Assembly: GCA_030704615.1 (NCBI GenBank)
Contig: CM060734.1
Coordinates: 4,960,001-5,024,000 of the forward strand
From: Takakia lepidozioides
Lineage: Eukaryota; Plantae; Bryophyta
DNA: 64,000 nt
Reading direction: 5' to 3'
Of this stretch, positions 23,238-35,029 are shown piece by piece. Under the pieces are notes generated by a model. The model made no database searches. It saw only the letters and a list, made by a program, of their open reading frames with translations, and was not told the DNA's origin. Positions within the stretch are counted from its first letter, which is position 1; each line of letters opens with the position of its first letter. A program made the position numbers and the translations under genes.

Positions 23238-23800
23238 CCCCTTTCAGGGGGTGGGCCCTATAAAAGCTAGTGGGTGCCCGGAGGGCACCCCACGGTCCGG
23301 GGGCGGGTGAATTTTGTAGGGAACTCCAAGGGGTATCCCTGGGGTATATGTGGTATCAAGAGGCTGGAGAAGTATATGATTCGAGCTGCCTTTTGTTAGT
23401 GATAATAGCAGTGAGGGAACGAAGCGCAGTCAGGTGGATAGCTTTGAAACATTTGTGTATAGGGGAGAGGGGGATTTTAAAGTTGTTGTGGAGGGCAGAA
23501 ATACTAGCGGTGTGGATGCCACCTCTAGTACCAGCGGAGATGACTGTGAGGGGGCCAGTAGTCCACCCCCGGCGGCGAATGGCTAAGATGAGCGGTGCGT
23601 ATTTTTGGCTTTTTTCTAATGTGGAAGGGGAAGGGTAGTGGTCATTACAGTATGTAAATTTGATGATTCAAGTGTATAATAAGTTCATGGGATGGGATGT
23701 CCGGTGGTGGGGGGTTTATGGGCAGCCCTTGTTCAAGGAGTATGTCAGGGCATAGTTATAATCTCCCAAACAGAACGGTCAATTCTTCCCAAATTTGCAG
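23238..23800 (-). mobile_element. Second Dualen-like LINE 3' fragment (RLE domain + 3' UTR)
   Basis: Homologous to 4978-5600, sharing CCCCTTTCxGGxGTGGGCCCTATAA, GCTTTGAAACATTTGTG, TGGATGCC and CAGTATGTAAATT blocks. Confidence 0.8.
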
Positions 23801-23937
23801 AATACCTGTATGTAGTAGGTAACTGCCACTTAGTAAGGTTCATTTCCGTGGATGAACTCCTGCTGGCAGATATGGCATGGGATGTGAGAGTGGGTCCCAT
23901 TTTTGAGGTGGACCCCCAAAAACACTCCCGGCCCTTA

Positions 23938-24270
23938 GAGCATCTCCACCGGGGGGCCCTAAATGCCCCTGCAACGGCAAAGTAGCCCCCGGCCCTGGTA
24001 TCCGCACCCCCGGGGCCCGTACTTTGGTGCAAGATACCGTGCAGCTAAGCCTGGCCGATACCTACTCGAGAGACTAAAAAGCACACAGTCTTGCATTTAT
24101 GGCGTGAGGGTAAGGCTGTGTCTGCCAAATGGGCCCTCCGTAGCAAGGCACGTCAGCAAAAATGATGTGCAGGGTAGTTTGATGGGGTTGCCGGTGGGGG
24201 AGGCGAGTGTTGGAGGCCGCCGGAGGTTACCGTTGCAGGGTTGTTTGGTGTAGCCCCGGTGGAGATGCTC
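23938..24270. mobile_element. Tourist/PIF-Harbinger MITE 1 (333 bp)
   Basis: 17-bp TIRs GAGCATCTCCACCGGGG / CCCCGGTGGAGATGCTC, flanked by TTA at 23935-23937 and 24271-24273. Confidence 0.9.
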
Positions 24271-24273
24271 TTA

Positions 24274-24669
24274 GAGCATCACCACCCTTGAGCCCGAAAA
24301 ACTCCCTGTAACACTAAAGATAGTGTCGTCGATTCAATGCCTGCTGGGTTCTGTGGTGCGGCAGCCTGACCCGCGCACACCCTTGTCCCTGACTCACCCA
24401 CACCTTCCCTGCGCACCTCGCCTCCCATTGGCTGGAAGAGGCGAGATCTCCGCCAAGATGATGACAGGCACGCGCTTGGTCACGTTGACTTGGATTCAGC
24501 CCAGAAAACAACGCTCGGTTTCAGTGCACGGAACGATATTCAGTGCGAGCTTTTCACGGGATATAGGGTTCAGTGCATTGGTGGGGGTGCATGGGTGGGG
24601 GACGTTCCCGCCCACCATACCCTCATGTTCCGTAGGTGTTGCTGGGTTCAGTGTAGGGTGGGGATGCTC
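24274..24669. mobile_element. Tourist/PIF-Harbinger MITE 2 (396 bp)
   Basis: TIRs GAGCATCACCACCCT / AGGGTGGGGATGCTC (14/15 match), flanked by TTA at 24271-24273 and 24670-24672. Confidence 0.85.
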
Positions 24670-26030
24670 TTAGGGGTTAACTCTGGCGTCTCATATATAT
24701 TTTAGTAGTAGTGTAATATCTGTAGCCAGAGTTTAGCCATTTGGTACCTGGAGTTGCATTATGAGTAGCGTAACACAATTTGGGCAAGCTCTGATTGGTG
24801 GGTAGATTTTACCCAATTGAGGCAACGACTCCTGTGGGAAAGCGTGTCGCGGCTCTCGCTGAGCTGCTTCCCTTCGGTTCCTTGTTAGGCGCTCTTGACT
24901 GGACACGGCGCATGCATCTGTGCTCAACCGAGGGATTTCAGAAGCTTACATGTTTTTGGGGTTATATGGGAATGAATGGAGGAGAGCAGGCGGAAGATGC
25001 GCACACACACTGTGGAGGACTTGTTCTCCATCTCTCTTTCCCACACGCCTCTGTTGAAGGACGTGGTTTGTGCACGAAGATAAACGCTGCAACATCGCTG
25101 GAGTAGGTCTTGGGAGCTCGTGGAAATGATTGGAAAAGCAGGTGGGAGGGGCGCAAGATGTAGAGAACAGGTTCCCTTTCCTTCTCCACCTCGTCGCACA
25201 GAGATATTTCTATGCATGTACAACACAGCACTGCAGACGGGGTTGGGAGCTTAGATTTTTTGTGGTAATGGATGAAAAGCAGGCGGGCAAGGCAGCAGCT
25301 GCACAAGGACTTGCTGCCACGCTCTCCGTACCTCTGTAGAACATGCGGAATACACACGTACACAGCAGCGAGGTCTTCAGGGGGGTCGAGATTATGTAAC
25401 AATGAATGGAAAATCTGGCAGGTGTAGCAGGACTGGTCCAGATGATTCGGGTCTTTCGCATTATCATCCAGTAGTCTTTTTCAAGTTCACTATCTCCAAC
25501 ATTGTATCCAGTGCTAGTGTATCTACTCAGCTGCTACCTTCCCTCTCAACTCATAATGGATTTTGTGGGCCGTCCTCATCTGACTCATCTTCAGAGTCCT
25601 CATCATCCCTTTTATCTCTCCTGAGCATTCCCAATTGCTCAATTCTGTTGTGCCACTTAAGCTCCAGACCTGCAGTAGGGTTGAGTCTTTGTCTTGTTCT
25701 AGGGTTTGTTCCGGAGAACGATAAGTCAAGTGTCTTGGCACTTGCCATTTTAAGGTTATGCAGCCTGGTTGGTTCGATATCTATGATAGGGCCCCACAGA
25801 ATTTGCTATTACACGGGCTATGCATTCTCTTGGGCTCTCTCTATGCCAATAATGCTTGCAGTGTTGTTCTCCCCTGCTGCCTGCTCTAGCCTCTGCGCCC
25901 TATCTTTGTAGCTTCATGGTCTTACTTTGTGCCTCAGGATCAACGTCATGATTGCTTCTGTTTTAAGTTGCCCCTTCCAGCCAGCTCTGTCACCCTCAGG
26001 CTGAGAGTTCCACAAGACAGTCAAGGGGCG

Positions 26031-29000
26031 ATGTCTTGTGAGGCATGCGGGGAGGGTAATGGTATAAGGGAAGAGAAGGTAAGAGCCTGCTTTCCCTTGT
26101 ACTCTGGTATCTCTCTGCTCGTCCTATTTGTGCTGCATCTCAGGCTTGCCCAGGGGTTGTCAAGTGATGGCATCACACTTCTGGCTTTCAAGAGGAGCAT
26201 CACCTTCGACCCATTCCAGGTTTTTTCCAATTGGAATGAGAATGACACAGACCCGTGTGGTTGGTGCGGGGTCACCTGCAGTGCAAACTCCCTGAGGGTC
26301 ACTGCTCTCAACATTTCGGGGCTTGCCTTTCAGAGGCCAGCAACGGATGCCAACGCCTTGGACCATGGCAGCCCTCTTCCCTCTACTTCTCTCTGGAATT
26401 GGCAACACCAAGGTGCATCCATTTCCAACTGTGCTCCTTCTGCATACAAGTGTACAGATGTGGTGGCCTGCGCTCTTACTGGAACTCTTCCTCCTGAGAT
26501 TGGAAATCTTTCACAACTGCATATCCTTTCCCTTCCCTTCAATCAACTGCAGGGAGAAATTCCAAGTGAGATAGGTAATTTGAAGCTGCTGCAGACCCTG
26601 GACCTGGAAGCAAATGCATTCACGGGGACCATTCCTCCTGAACTGGGTATGCTGTCCAAGCTCTGGGTTCTGAATTTGGCCAGGAACTCATTTCAGGGTT
26701 ACATTCCAACGGCATTGTCCATGTGCCAGAATCTTCGGAATCTCAGTCTGACGGGGAATATGCTGAGGGGGGCCATCCCTCCGGCTCTTGGTCGCCTTGA
26801 TCACTTGCATTGGCTTGCTCTCTCATCCAACCTCCTGAATAGTGGAATTCCCCCAGAGCTGGGAAACAGCTGCAGAAGCTTGGAATATTTGGATCTGACA
26901 GCAAATTATTTTACAGGTACTATACCTCCACAACTAGGCAATTGCACTCAACTGCAATCACTTCTTCTGAGCTCCAACTCGCTGGTTGGTAGCATTCCCC
27001 TTGACTTGGGCCGTCTTTCCAGGTTGCAAAATTTTCATGTGTTTATGAACAATCTCAGTGGTGACATTCCTTCCCAGCTAATCAACTGCACACAGCTTTC
27101 GTCTCTGATTCTCACAGCTCCTCAAGGATGTTCGATAGATCTCAACTGCACGATTATTGATCCTGTGCATGGTGTGACAGACGTGAATAAGCCTGAATTA
27201 AATCAGTTTAGTGGGTCTTTTCCTCCTGGCCTTGCGCTGCTTCCCAACATTCGAGTCATATGGGCTCCGGGAGCAGGTCTGAGTGGTGCTCTGCCAGCTG
27301 ATTGGGGTGAGTGTGTGTATTTGGAGAGCCTGAATCTGGCACACAATTCATTGACGGGGATGATTCCGACAGGGTTGGGCAGTTGCAAAAACCTGGTATT
27401 GCTAGACCTAAGCTCAAATCAGCTGAATGGCACCATCCCCCCGCAGCTTCCAATATCATGCTTGTCGATTCTCAATCTCAGTAGGAATGCGCTGACAGGA
27501 AGCATTCCAGTGGGTACGGATGTCAATTGCAGTTGGACTTGGTTCCTGTCTCCTAACAGGTTGGACAGTCCAACCTCTCAGGTGGCACTATTCTTTTCTG
27601 GCATTTTGAATGTGCCAAAACGTGTGCTTGTGATGCATGACTTCAGTACCAATAAACTCACGGGCCCAGTTCCAGGTCCATTGACTGGCAGCATACTGGT
27701 GCAAGAGCAGCCTGCATACTTTCTGTTTATGTCCAACAACCAGCTAACAGGACCTGTGCCTGCGGGACTTTTCAAGTTTTGTGGGAGGTTCCAAGGGTTT
27801 GCAGTCAGCCTGAGCCACAATCTGCTGTCAGGGGAGCTGCCTGCTGAGGTTGGAAGCTGTAGGTCACTTTGGCAATTTGAAGCAGCAGCAAATCAACTGA
27901 ATGGGCTGATTCCTCAGGCATTTGGGAACCTTTTCAATCTCACTTCTCTGAACCTTGCTTCCAATCAGCTGCAAGGAGAGATTCCTCCCCAGTTGGGGCA
28001 GCTCCAGGTATTGGGGACATTGGTGCTTGCAAACAACAGTCTTACAGGATCAATCCCAGCTGCACTTGGCAACCTGTCTTCCTTAGTTGTTCTAGATTTG
28101 TCAAGGAATAATTTGGAGGGCAACTTACCAACAGAGCTTGCCAAATTGAGCCAGCTTAAAAGTCTGCTGTTAAATAACAATAGTTTTTCAGGATCCATAC
28201 CCGATGTGCTGAGCAATCTCACTTCATTAGTGCAGTTGGACTTGGCATTCAACAACTTGTCAGGCCAGTTTCCAGTGCTAGGCAATTGGGGGGGGCTATG
28301 CAGCAGCCTGGTGGTCATGGGCAATCCCCTACTGCTACCGTGTCGTGTGGCAACTGCACCTTACTCTTATCCCATCTTAACAGATCCATCCCTTCCTCAG
28401 GCTTCCATTCCGCCAATGCTTCCCCCGGGCATTCCTAAAAGTCGACTGGGTTCTGTTTTAGTAGCAGCCATCACCTCAGGTTGTGCAATTGCAGTGGTTC
28501 TACTCGTCTTGGGTCTCTTGTTCCAGTGCACAAAGCAGCGTGTACCTAGTGTGCCGGTGCGAGCAGGTCGAAAGGAAGTGGTGACATTCATCAGCATCAA
28601 CTTCCAGCTGTCTTTTGAGAATGTGGTGCATGCCACAGGCAACTTCAGTGTGGACAACCTAATCGGCACAGGAGGGTTTGGAGCTACATACAGAGCAGAG
28701 TTACGGCCTGGGTTGGTGGTGGCTGTGAAGAGGCTTGCAATTGGCAGATTTCAAGGGGTGCAGCAATTTGACACTGAAATTCAGACCCTTGGAAGAATTC
28801 GGCACACCAACCTGGTGACATTGATTGGCTACCACGCAAGTGAGGCTGAAATGTTTCTTATTTATAATTACTTTCCTCAGGGCAACTTGGAAAGCCTTAT
28901 CCATGAGAGCCAGAGAGGTCAGATGATGGATTGGCGAATGCGGCACAAGATTGCATTGGACATTGCACAATCGCTGTCTTATCTGCATGATGAATGTGTG

Positions 29001-29504
29001 CCGCGGGTTCTACACCGGGACATCAAACCCAGCAACATTCTTCTTGATGACAACCTGAATGCCCACCTTTCTGACTTTGGACTGGCCCGGCTTCTAGGTG
29101 CTTCAGAGACCCATGCAACAACAGATGTCGCAGGCACCTTTGGGTATGTGGCACCAGAGTATGCTATGACGTGCCGTGTCTCAGACAAAGCAGATGTGTA
29201 CAGCTATGGTGTGGTGCTGCTGGAGCTTCTGTCGGGCAAGCGAGCATTGGATCCATCCTTTTCCGACTTTGGGGATGGGTTCAACATTGTGGGATGGGCA
29301 TGCCTCCTCATTAGGAAGGGGCGAGCGCATGATGTGTTCACAGTGGGTCTGTGGGAAATGGGGCCTGAGAGTGACCTTCTGGAGGTGCTGAAGCTGGCAG
29401 TGCTGTGTACAGTTGAATCACTGACAGTGAGGCCTACTATGCGGCAGGTAGTTGACCGCTTGAAATTGATTCAACCACCTCCTCGGCCCTCAACGCAGTC
29501 TTAG
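26031..29504 (+). CDS. RPK2: LRR receptor-like kinase RPK2/TOAD2 (LRR-XV), intronless, ~1157 aa
   Basis: The first ATG at 26031 precedes a hydrophobic signal region, LRRs with island domains and a TM helix. RPK2-type kinase signatures: GGFGATYRAE, KRLAIGRFQGVQQF, IGYHASEAEMFLIYNY, SETHATTDVAGTFGYVAPEYAMTCRVSDKADVYSYG. Confidence 0.95.
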   Translation: MSCEACGEGNGIREEKVRACFPLYSGISLLVLFVLHLRLAQGLSSDGITLLAFKRSITFDPFQVFSNWNENDTDPCGWCGVTCSANSLRVTALNISGLAFQRPATDANALDHGSPLPSTSLWNWQHQGASISNCAPSAYKCTDVVACALTGTLPPEIGNLSQLHILSLPFNQLQGEIPSEIGNLKLLQTLDLEANAFTGTIPPELGMLSKLWVLNLARNSFQGYIPTALSMCQNLRNLSLTGNMLRGAIPPALGRLDHLHWLALSSNLLNSGIPPELGNSCRSLEYLDLTANYFTGTIPPQLGNCTQLQSLLLSSNSLVGSIPLDLGRLSRLQNFHVFMNNLSGDIPSQLINCTQLSSLILTAPQGCSIDLNCTIIDPVHGVTDVNKPELNQFSGSFPPGLALLPNIRVIWAPGAGLSGALPADWGECVYLESLNLAHNSLTGMIPTGLGSCKNLVLLDLSSNQLNGTIPPQLPISCLSILNLSRNALTGSIPVGTDVNCSWTWFLSPNRLDSPTSQVALFFSGILNVPKRVLVMHDFSTNKLTGPVPGPLTGSILVQEQPAYFLFMSNNQLTGPVPAGLFKFCGRFQGFAVSLSHNLLSGELPAEVGSCRSLWQFEAAANQLNGLIPQAFGNLFNLTSLNLASNQLQGEIPPQLGQLQVLGTLVLANNSLTGSIPAALGNLSSLVVLDLSRNNLEGNLPTELAKLSQLKSLLLNNNSFSGSIPDVLSNLTSLVQLDLAFNNLSGQFPVLGNWGGLCSSLVVMGNPLLLPCRVATAPYSYPILTDPSLPQASIPPMLPPGIPKSRLGSVLVAAITSGCAIAVVLLVLGLLFQCTKQRVPSVPVRAGRKEVVTFISINFQLSFENVVHATGNFSVDNLIGTGGFGATYRAELRPGLVVAVKRLAIGRFQGVQQFDTEIQTLGRIRHTNLVTLIGYHASEAEMFLIYNYFPQGNLESLIHESQRGQMMDWRMRHKIALDIAQSLSYLHDECVPRVLHRDIKPSNILLDDNLNAHLSDFGLARLLGASETHATTDVAGTFGYVAPEYAMTCRVSDKADVYSYGVVLLELLSGKRALDPSFSDFGDGFNIVGWACLLIRKGRAHDVFTVGLWEMGPESDLLEVLKLAVLCTVESLTVRPTMRQVVDRLKLIQPPPRPSTQS

Positions 29505-30289
29505 CCCTTGTCATCCCCAATCAATTTTGTAACATCATTTTTCCTCTTCCGACGTTTCCCCATTTCTTCCGCCTTTCAAATCTTTGTGCAAGGGCCTGGT
29601 TTTCTAGCATGGGTCCTGGATTGTATTCTTGGTCAAGGAGAACATCCTCAAGCTGTGTATGATGATTCAGTGTTCTTCCTTGCACCATACTGTATGCGCA
29701 GAAAAAGTGCAGGGAGAAAAGTGCACAGCACTTCTCTGCATTATAACAGTGGACGCCGCGAGCCATGGCTAGATGTTTCTATCTTGCACCACTCCTGAGT
29801 TAGTGTCACAATAAACGTATGATAATTATTGTCTTTTATCTGACTTAACTATGTACATCATTGATCTGTAACACTGTAGGTTGAAGATGGGTGATGGAAC
29901 TGCCTGCATACCTAAATTGCACTCGCTTTGGCATTGGAGAAGGGATGACATAAGCCTCTGAATTTAGCTCAGTATTATCGTGCTAATATATCTGATTTTG
30001 TTTCTAGGGCAATTTTGTTCTCTGCATTCAGCCCGCCCATTTCTGCGTCCGAGCCAAAATTCGGACCAAAACACTCATATATTAAGTCGAGCCAAGTGCA
30101 CCCCACGCCATGGGGAATCCATACTACGGCGCCATAGTTAGACGCGGTGAGGCTCACCGCGATGCCGTGAAGATAACCACGCCAGGTGCCCAAACATGTA
30201 TTGGCCCCTGGATTGACACTTGGGTCAATCCCAAATGTCAATATATGAAAGTTAGCTATTTCCAAGTTAACTTCATACTAGTGGTAAAA

Positions 30290-30931
30290 TAACTTGACAA
30301 ATTAAACATCGGAAAACTACACCTTATCACCCACGGGCTAATGGTCGGACTAAGAAGACCAATGGGTTGCTATGTGGGATTTTAACGAAGACAATTTCTG
30401 GTGCTGGCAGTGATTGGGACACAAAATTATTCTCTGCATTATGGCCTATCGGACTGCATTTAAAGTCACTACCGGATTTACTCCATTTCAATTGGTTTAT
30501 GGAAAAGAGGCAATATTGCCTATCGAGCTTGAAATTCCTTTCCTCCGCATAGCTATCAAGGAACGGTTGGGCGATGTTCCATCCCTATCGGCTCGTCTGT
30601 TGCAATTAGTCAAGATGGATGAACTTCGTCGATAGGTGTTACAGAACATTGAAGTCACACAATTGCAGCGGAAGGATTATTATGATAGCCGTCTTAAACC
30701 CAAAGCTCAAGATTTTGTACTTCTTTATAATAGCCATTTTCAAAAATTTCCTAGTAAATTGAAGATGAGATGGCTCGGCCCATACTGGGTGGTGGAAGCT
30801 TTTCCAAATGGCTCGATACAATTGGCTACCATCAATGGAGACCCATTGCTAACATGCATCAACGGCGATCATCTTAAGTTGTTCTTAACCTAATGATTCT
30901 GTGGGCAGAATTTAGGTTAAGTGGGAGGGGG
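30290..30931 (+). mobile_element. Non-chromovirus Ty3/gypsy (Athila/Tat-like) integrase C-terminal remnant with purine tract
   Basis: TTPYHPRANG, DWDTKLFSAL-AYRTAFKVTTGFTPFQLVYG and KLKMRWLGPY motifs, followed by GTGGGAGGGGG at 30921-30931. Confidence 0.85.
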
Positions 30932-30963
30932 TGTCAATCAGCTATTAGTCAATTTTTAATCCG

Positions 30964-30998
<35 letters not shown>
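30964..30998 (+). repeat. Poly(A) run of 35 nt
   Basis: Seen directly in the sequence. Confidence 0.95.
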
Positions 30999-31002
<4 letters not shown>

Positions 31003-31180
31003 ATAGAATGAATGAAGTAACTGTGAGTACAGCGAGTCATTATGAGTGTACAAAGCGCCGCCGTTTGTCACGACCGATAGATTGGGAGACGGTTAGTTCT
31101 TTATGGTTGTAGGACAATCGTATCCGTATATGACAACTGTTAGGTTAAGCCATCATGTGCGATAGATTAGAGTGGGGCCC

Positions 31181-34100
31181 TTCTTAAAGCATCGGCCACC
31201 ACATTGTCACGTCCCGGTTTGTACTGGATATCCACGTCAAATACTGCCAAAGTATCTTGCCACCTAAGTTGTTTTGGGGACAACTTGGGCTGCGTAGCAA
31301 AATACTTCACCGTAACATTGTCCGTGAACACCTTCGCTGGGTTGGAACCAACATAGTGGCGCCAAAGCTCAAGGCAATGCACCACCGCCTTCATCTCTTT
31401 TTCGTGCGTCGGCCACCGTCGCTCCACTTCATTTAGTTTCTTACTTTCGTAAACCACTGGACGTCCATCTTGCATAAGTACACCCCCAATCGCGAAGTCC
31501 GACGCATCCGTATGAATCTCGAACGGACGATCAAACTCCGGGATTTTCAAGACTGGAGCTTCCGCCATCCGCTGCTTCAATTCAGCAAAAGCTTGGCCAC
31601 AAAAGGTGTTCCATACCCAGACTTTGGATTTACACATAAGGTCCGACAGCGGCCCCGCGATCTTGGCGAAATTTCTCACATACTTCCGGTAATAAGAGGC
31701 GAGTCCTAGGAAGGATCGCACTCCCGGGACCGAAGTCGGAGGCTCCCAGTCCAAGATCGCCCTCACCTTTCTGTCATCCATTTTGATCCCATCCTGTGTA
31801 ATCACATGCCCCATGAACTCCACTTTTGTGACCCCGAATTCGCACTTTGAAGCTTTGGCATACAGCTTCCCTTCCCGCAATTTCTGGAACACCCTTTTGA
31901 GGTGCTCCAGGTGCTCCTCCTTTGTTTTCGAATACACCAAGATGTCGTCGATGGACACGATCACAAAGTCATCCAACCACTCCTGGAAAAGGCTGTTCAT
32001 CAGCGTGCTAAAGGTCGCGGGAGCGTTGGTGAGTCCAAAATGCATCACCAATAACTCATATGAACCATACCTTGTCCTGCACGCGGTCTTCTCCTCATCT
32101 CCTTCCGCCACTCGAATTTGATGATAGCCGGAGCGCAGATCGATCCGGCTGAAATACTTCGCTCCTGCCAACCGATCGAAAAGGTCGTCGATCCTTGGCA
32201 AAAGGTACCGGTTTTTTATAGTCACCTTATTCAAAGCCCTGTAATCGACACACATCCGCAGCGTCCTATCCTTCTTCTATGCGAATAGCACCGGGGCTCC
32301 GTAAGGTGACTTACTCGACCGGATGTACCCCTTTGACATTAGATCTTTGAGCTGAGTCTTCAGTTCGACCAACTCTCTGTGGCTCAACCGGTAGGGCGCC
32401 TTGGCAGGCGGTTCCGATCCCGATATCACCTCAATCTTGTGGTCAACTCCTCTTCGCGGTGGCAAGCCGCTTGGTAAATCCTCCGGCATCACATCCTGGT
32501 ATTTCTCCAAAATCCCCTTGATCCAATCTGGGCTCGCCTCCCCATTGCCTTCTCCCTTCACTTCTCTAATGTAGAGCAAAAACTGGGGCTCGCGTGCCTC
32601 CTCCACGGCCCACTCCCTTGCTGACAAAAGGTTTATTCGCCCTCCCACGGGTTTGGGCGTTTCCGACACTCGTAAGACCTCGCCACCATTCCCACATGGC
32701 AGCATGACTACTCTCTTGCGGCCATCTATGACCGCTCCGGATTTGCTAAAAAAGGTCATCCCCAAAATGAGATCCACTCCATCGATCTCACAGATGGTGA
32801 AGTTCTCACGTCCCTCCCAACTCCCCAGTTGAAGAGGAACATCAAACGCCAACCTTGTCGCCAATTGCGATTCTCCTTTGGCAGAACGCACCTCAATAGA
32901 GGCCCCCACGTCACTTGTCGGGAGTCCCAGCTTTTGTGCCGTTGCCGGTGTCATGAAGGAATGCAACGCTCTTGTGTCCACCAACAACGACACGTTAGTT
33001 CCGGATATTATCCCATCCACGAACAATAACTGACTCCCTTTACGTAAGGCGCCAGTTTCCTGATACAACTCACAAGAAAATTTGCCTACCTTGCAAGTCC
33101 TGGCGACCACCGCTTCCACCAAGCGACCGATGGTATCTTCCGACAGCTCTGTGGTCGCCCGAGTCATGTTCAATTGCCGGGGCTTCGTGCACTTCTTGGC
33201 CATGTGCCCGGGCTCCCCACAATTGAAACACACTCCATCAAAGGTCGTTTTTTGTCCGCCATAAGCCGCTCCACCTGCTTTTCCTTTCGAAGCACCGGGT
33301 GCCGCCTTGACTTGTGAAGGCCCTCCCTTCGATTTCCACGTGCCATTATCGCCGCGTGGCCTATCCCACTTCTTTTCCGGTCGGAAGGAGTCACCTTCCC
33401 GCCGGGTCTTCTTGTGGTTCAGCTCCGTACGGCCTTGTCTTTCACCCTTAGGGACATCCGAGAAACATTCAGCCCTCTCAATTGCCTCGTTCAAAGTCTT
33501 AGGTGGCTTCTTCTCCAACTTCCGCCTGGCCCATGGGGCCAGTCCCGCCACAAAGTTGAAGAACATTTCTGGTTCTGCCATGTCCGCGACTTCGAGCAAC
33601 AGCACATTGAAAGCCTGGACATATCCCCGAATGTCATCTGTTTGCTTCAAATTCCTCATCTTGTCCCGGGCGAGCCAGGACGCGTTGAGGGGCACAAACT
33701 GCCTCTTCATCAATTCCTTGAACCCACTCCAGTTCAAGGTTTCCGGGCTTGGACCTCGGTCGTGAAGGCGTTTCTGCCACCATTGTTGAGCATAGCCCCT
33801 CAAATAGGTGGGAGCCACTTCCACCCGATCCTCGTCACTCAACTTGGCCGCCCGAAGTACTGCTCTAGCTCCAAGAGCCAGGTGTTGAGTGCCTTCCGAT
33901 TTCGGACGCCCTCGAAGGTGTCGGGTTCCTTAGGCTTCACCTTAAACTTTGCCTTAGTGGAAGTGGCATTAGCCGCCTTCAACACGTCTTTCAACGTCCC
34001 GCCAAATTGCGCCAACAACCTTTCCCAAAAGGCTGCCGGCATGGGAGACATCTGTTGGTCGGTCGGAGCTCTCAGGGATTCCTCAGGCTCCGACTCCTCA

Positions 34101-35029
34101 GATTCCTCCCGCTCTTGAGCGGCCTCGTTTTCGGAAACATGCATCGCTTCCTCAAACGACCGCCTCGGTGACACGTCGCCCCCATCGGGCTCACTAGGAT
34201 CATCATCTTTTGGGCCGTTCCGCTTTCGCTTTGGCTTGCCCGACCCATGATGAGGCCAATCCCAAGGACGATCGCGTACTGAACTCTAAGCTCTGATACC
34301 AAGTGTCGCGCACCTCACTTCGGTAAGCTCCCCCCTCAAGTCATAGTTACTCGCTTGATGCGCGCGCCTAACTCCCAACCTGGCCGCCGGGCCAACTTGG
34401 AGCTTCGGCTGCTCACCGGGGCATAACGGTCCCCCTTTGATCTCCCAAAGAACCCTCCAACGGTTTGGAACCAGCGGAATTCCCTTTGGTAGTTGGCAGT
34501 CCGGAACAGCTCCCCACTCTTTGGTCGCTTTTCGGCTCGCTCGCTTACTCACTAGTTTTTGGTCACCAACGGGCTTGCACCGCTCTCGGGGTTACTACTC
34601 CCTATATATACTTCTGTAGCTGTCCGTGGGGGTTTCACAAACAACCATGCCATTTTATGGCGAACCACCACGAACACCCTCGACTCCCGGTGATGAGTCG
34701 CGGTGAGTCTTGGCCCACCCACCACGGCCCCTATGGACCGTGATGAGTCCCAAGACTCCCCACGACTCCCACCACGAGGTCTCCGCCCTAGGGTGACTCC
34801 TATGCCACCCCCACTAAGTCCCGCTAAGCTACCACCACCCCTTGTGGAGCCACCCCCACCGCAACCCGGTGTGCGGGGCTCCACCTAGTGAGCGCCTCCG
34901 CCTCCTTGAGTGCCTTGGGCACTCAAGGGTGCTTCAGCCCCCCCATACCTATCGCTGCCACTGCCCCCACCACAGGGGCAGCCCCTCTTGTGTCCCGACC
35001 CCCTGCCCTCAAGGCAAAGGGCCGCGACA
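31181..35029 (-). mobile_element. Ty3/gypsy chromovirus, 3'-truncated copy A (5' LTR 34304-35029, tRNA-iMet PBS 34290-34301, gag-PR-RT-RNase H)
   Basis: 726-bp LTR TGTCGCG...CGCGACA and PBS TGGTATCAGAGC. CCHC knuckle [14 protein letters not shown]; RT motifs MCVDYRALN and IDDILVYS; RNase H TDAS. Closely similar to 51260-55110. Confidence 0.95.

Noticed and set aside
23960-24060. Apparent RNase H-like words (TKVRA...GADTRA) near the Dualen fragment
   Set aside because: They lie inside a TIR/TSD-defined MITE and are split across frames, so this is a chance resemblance.
25441-25780. Short acidic ORF (DDEDSEDESDED) antisense in the RPK2 upstream region
   Set aside because: It is too short and has no assignable domain; probably TE debris.
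25929-26030. N-terminal 34 codons of the 1191-aa ORF
   Set aside because: It starts at GTG. The first ATG, followed by the signal-peptide region, is at 26031.
10699-29391. Numerous short antisense or alternate-frame ORFs overlapping the two kinases
   Set aside because: These are shadow ORFs of long coding sequences with no independent motifs.
30932-31135. Possible short 3' LTR (TGTCA...TGACA) after the purine tract
   Set aside because: There is no second copy in the window to confirm it; it could equally be an internal spacer after an internal PPT.
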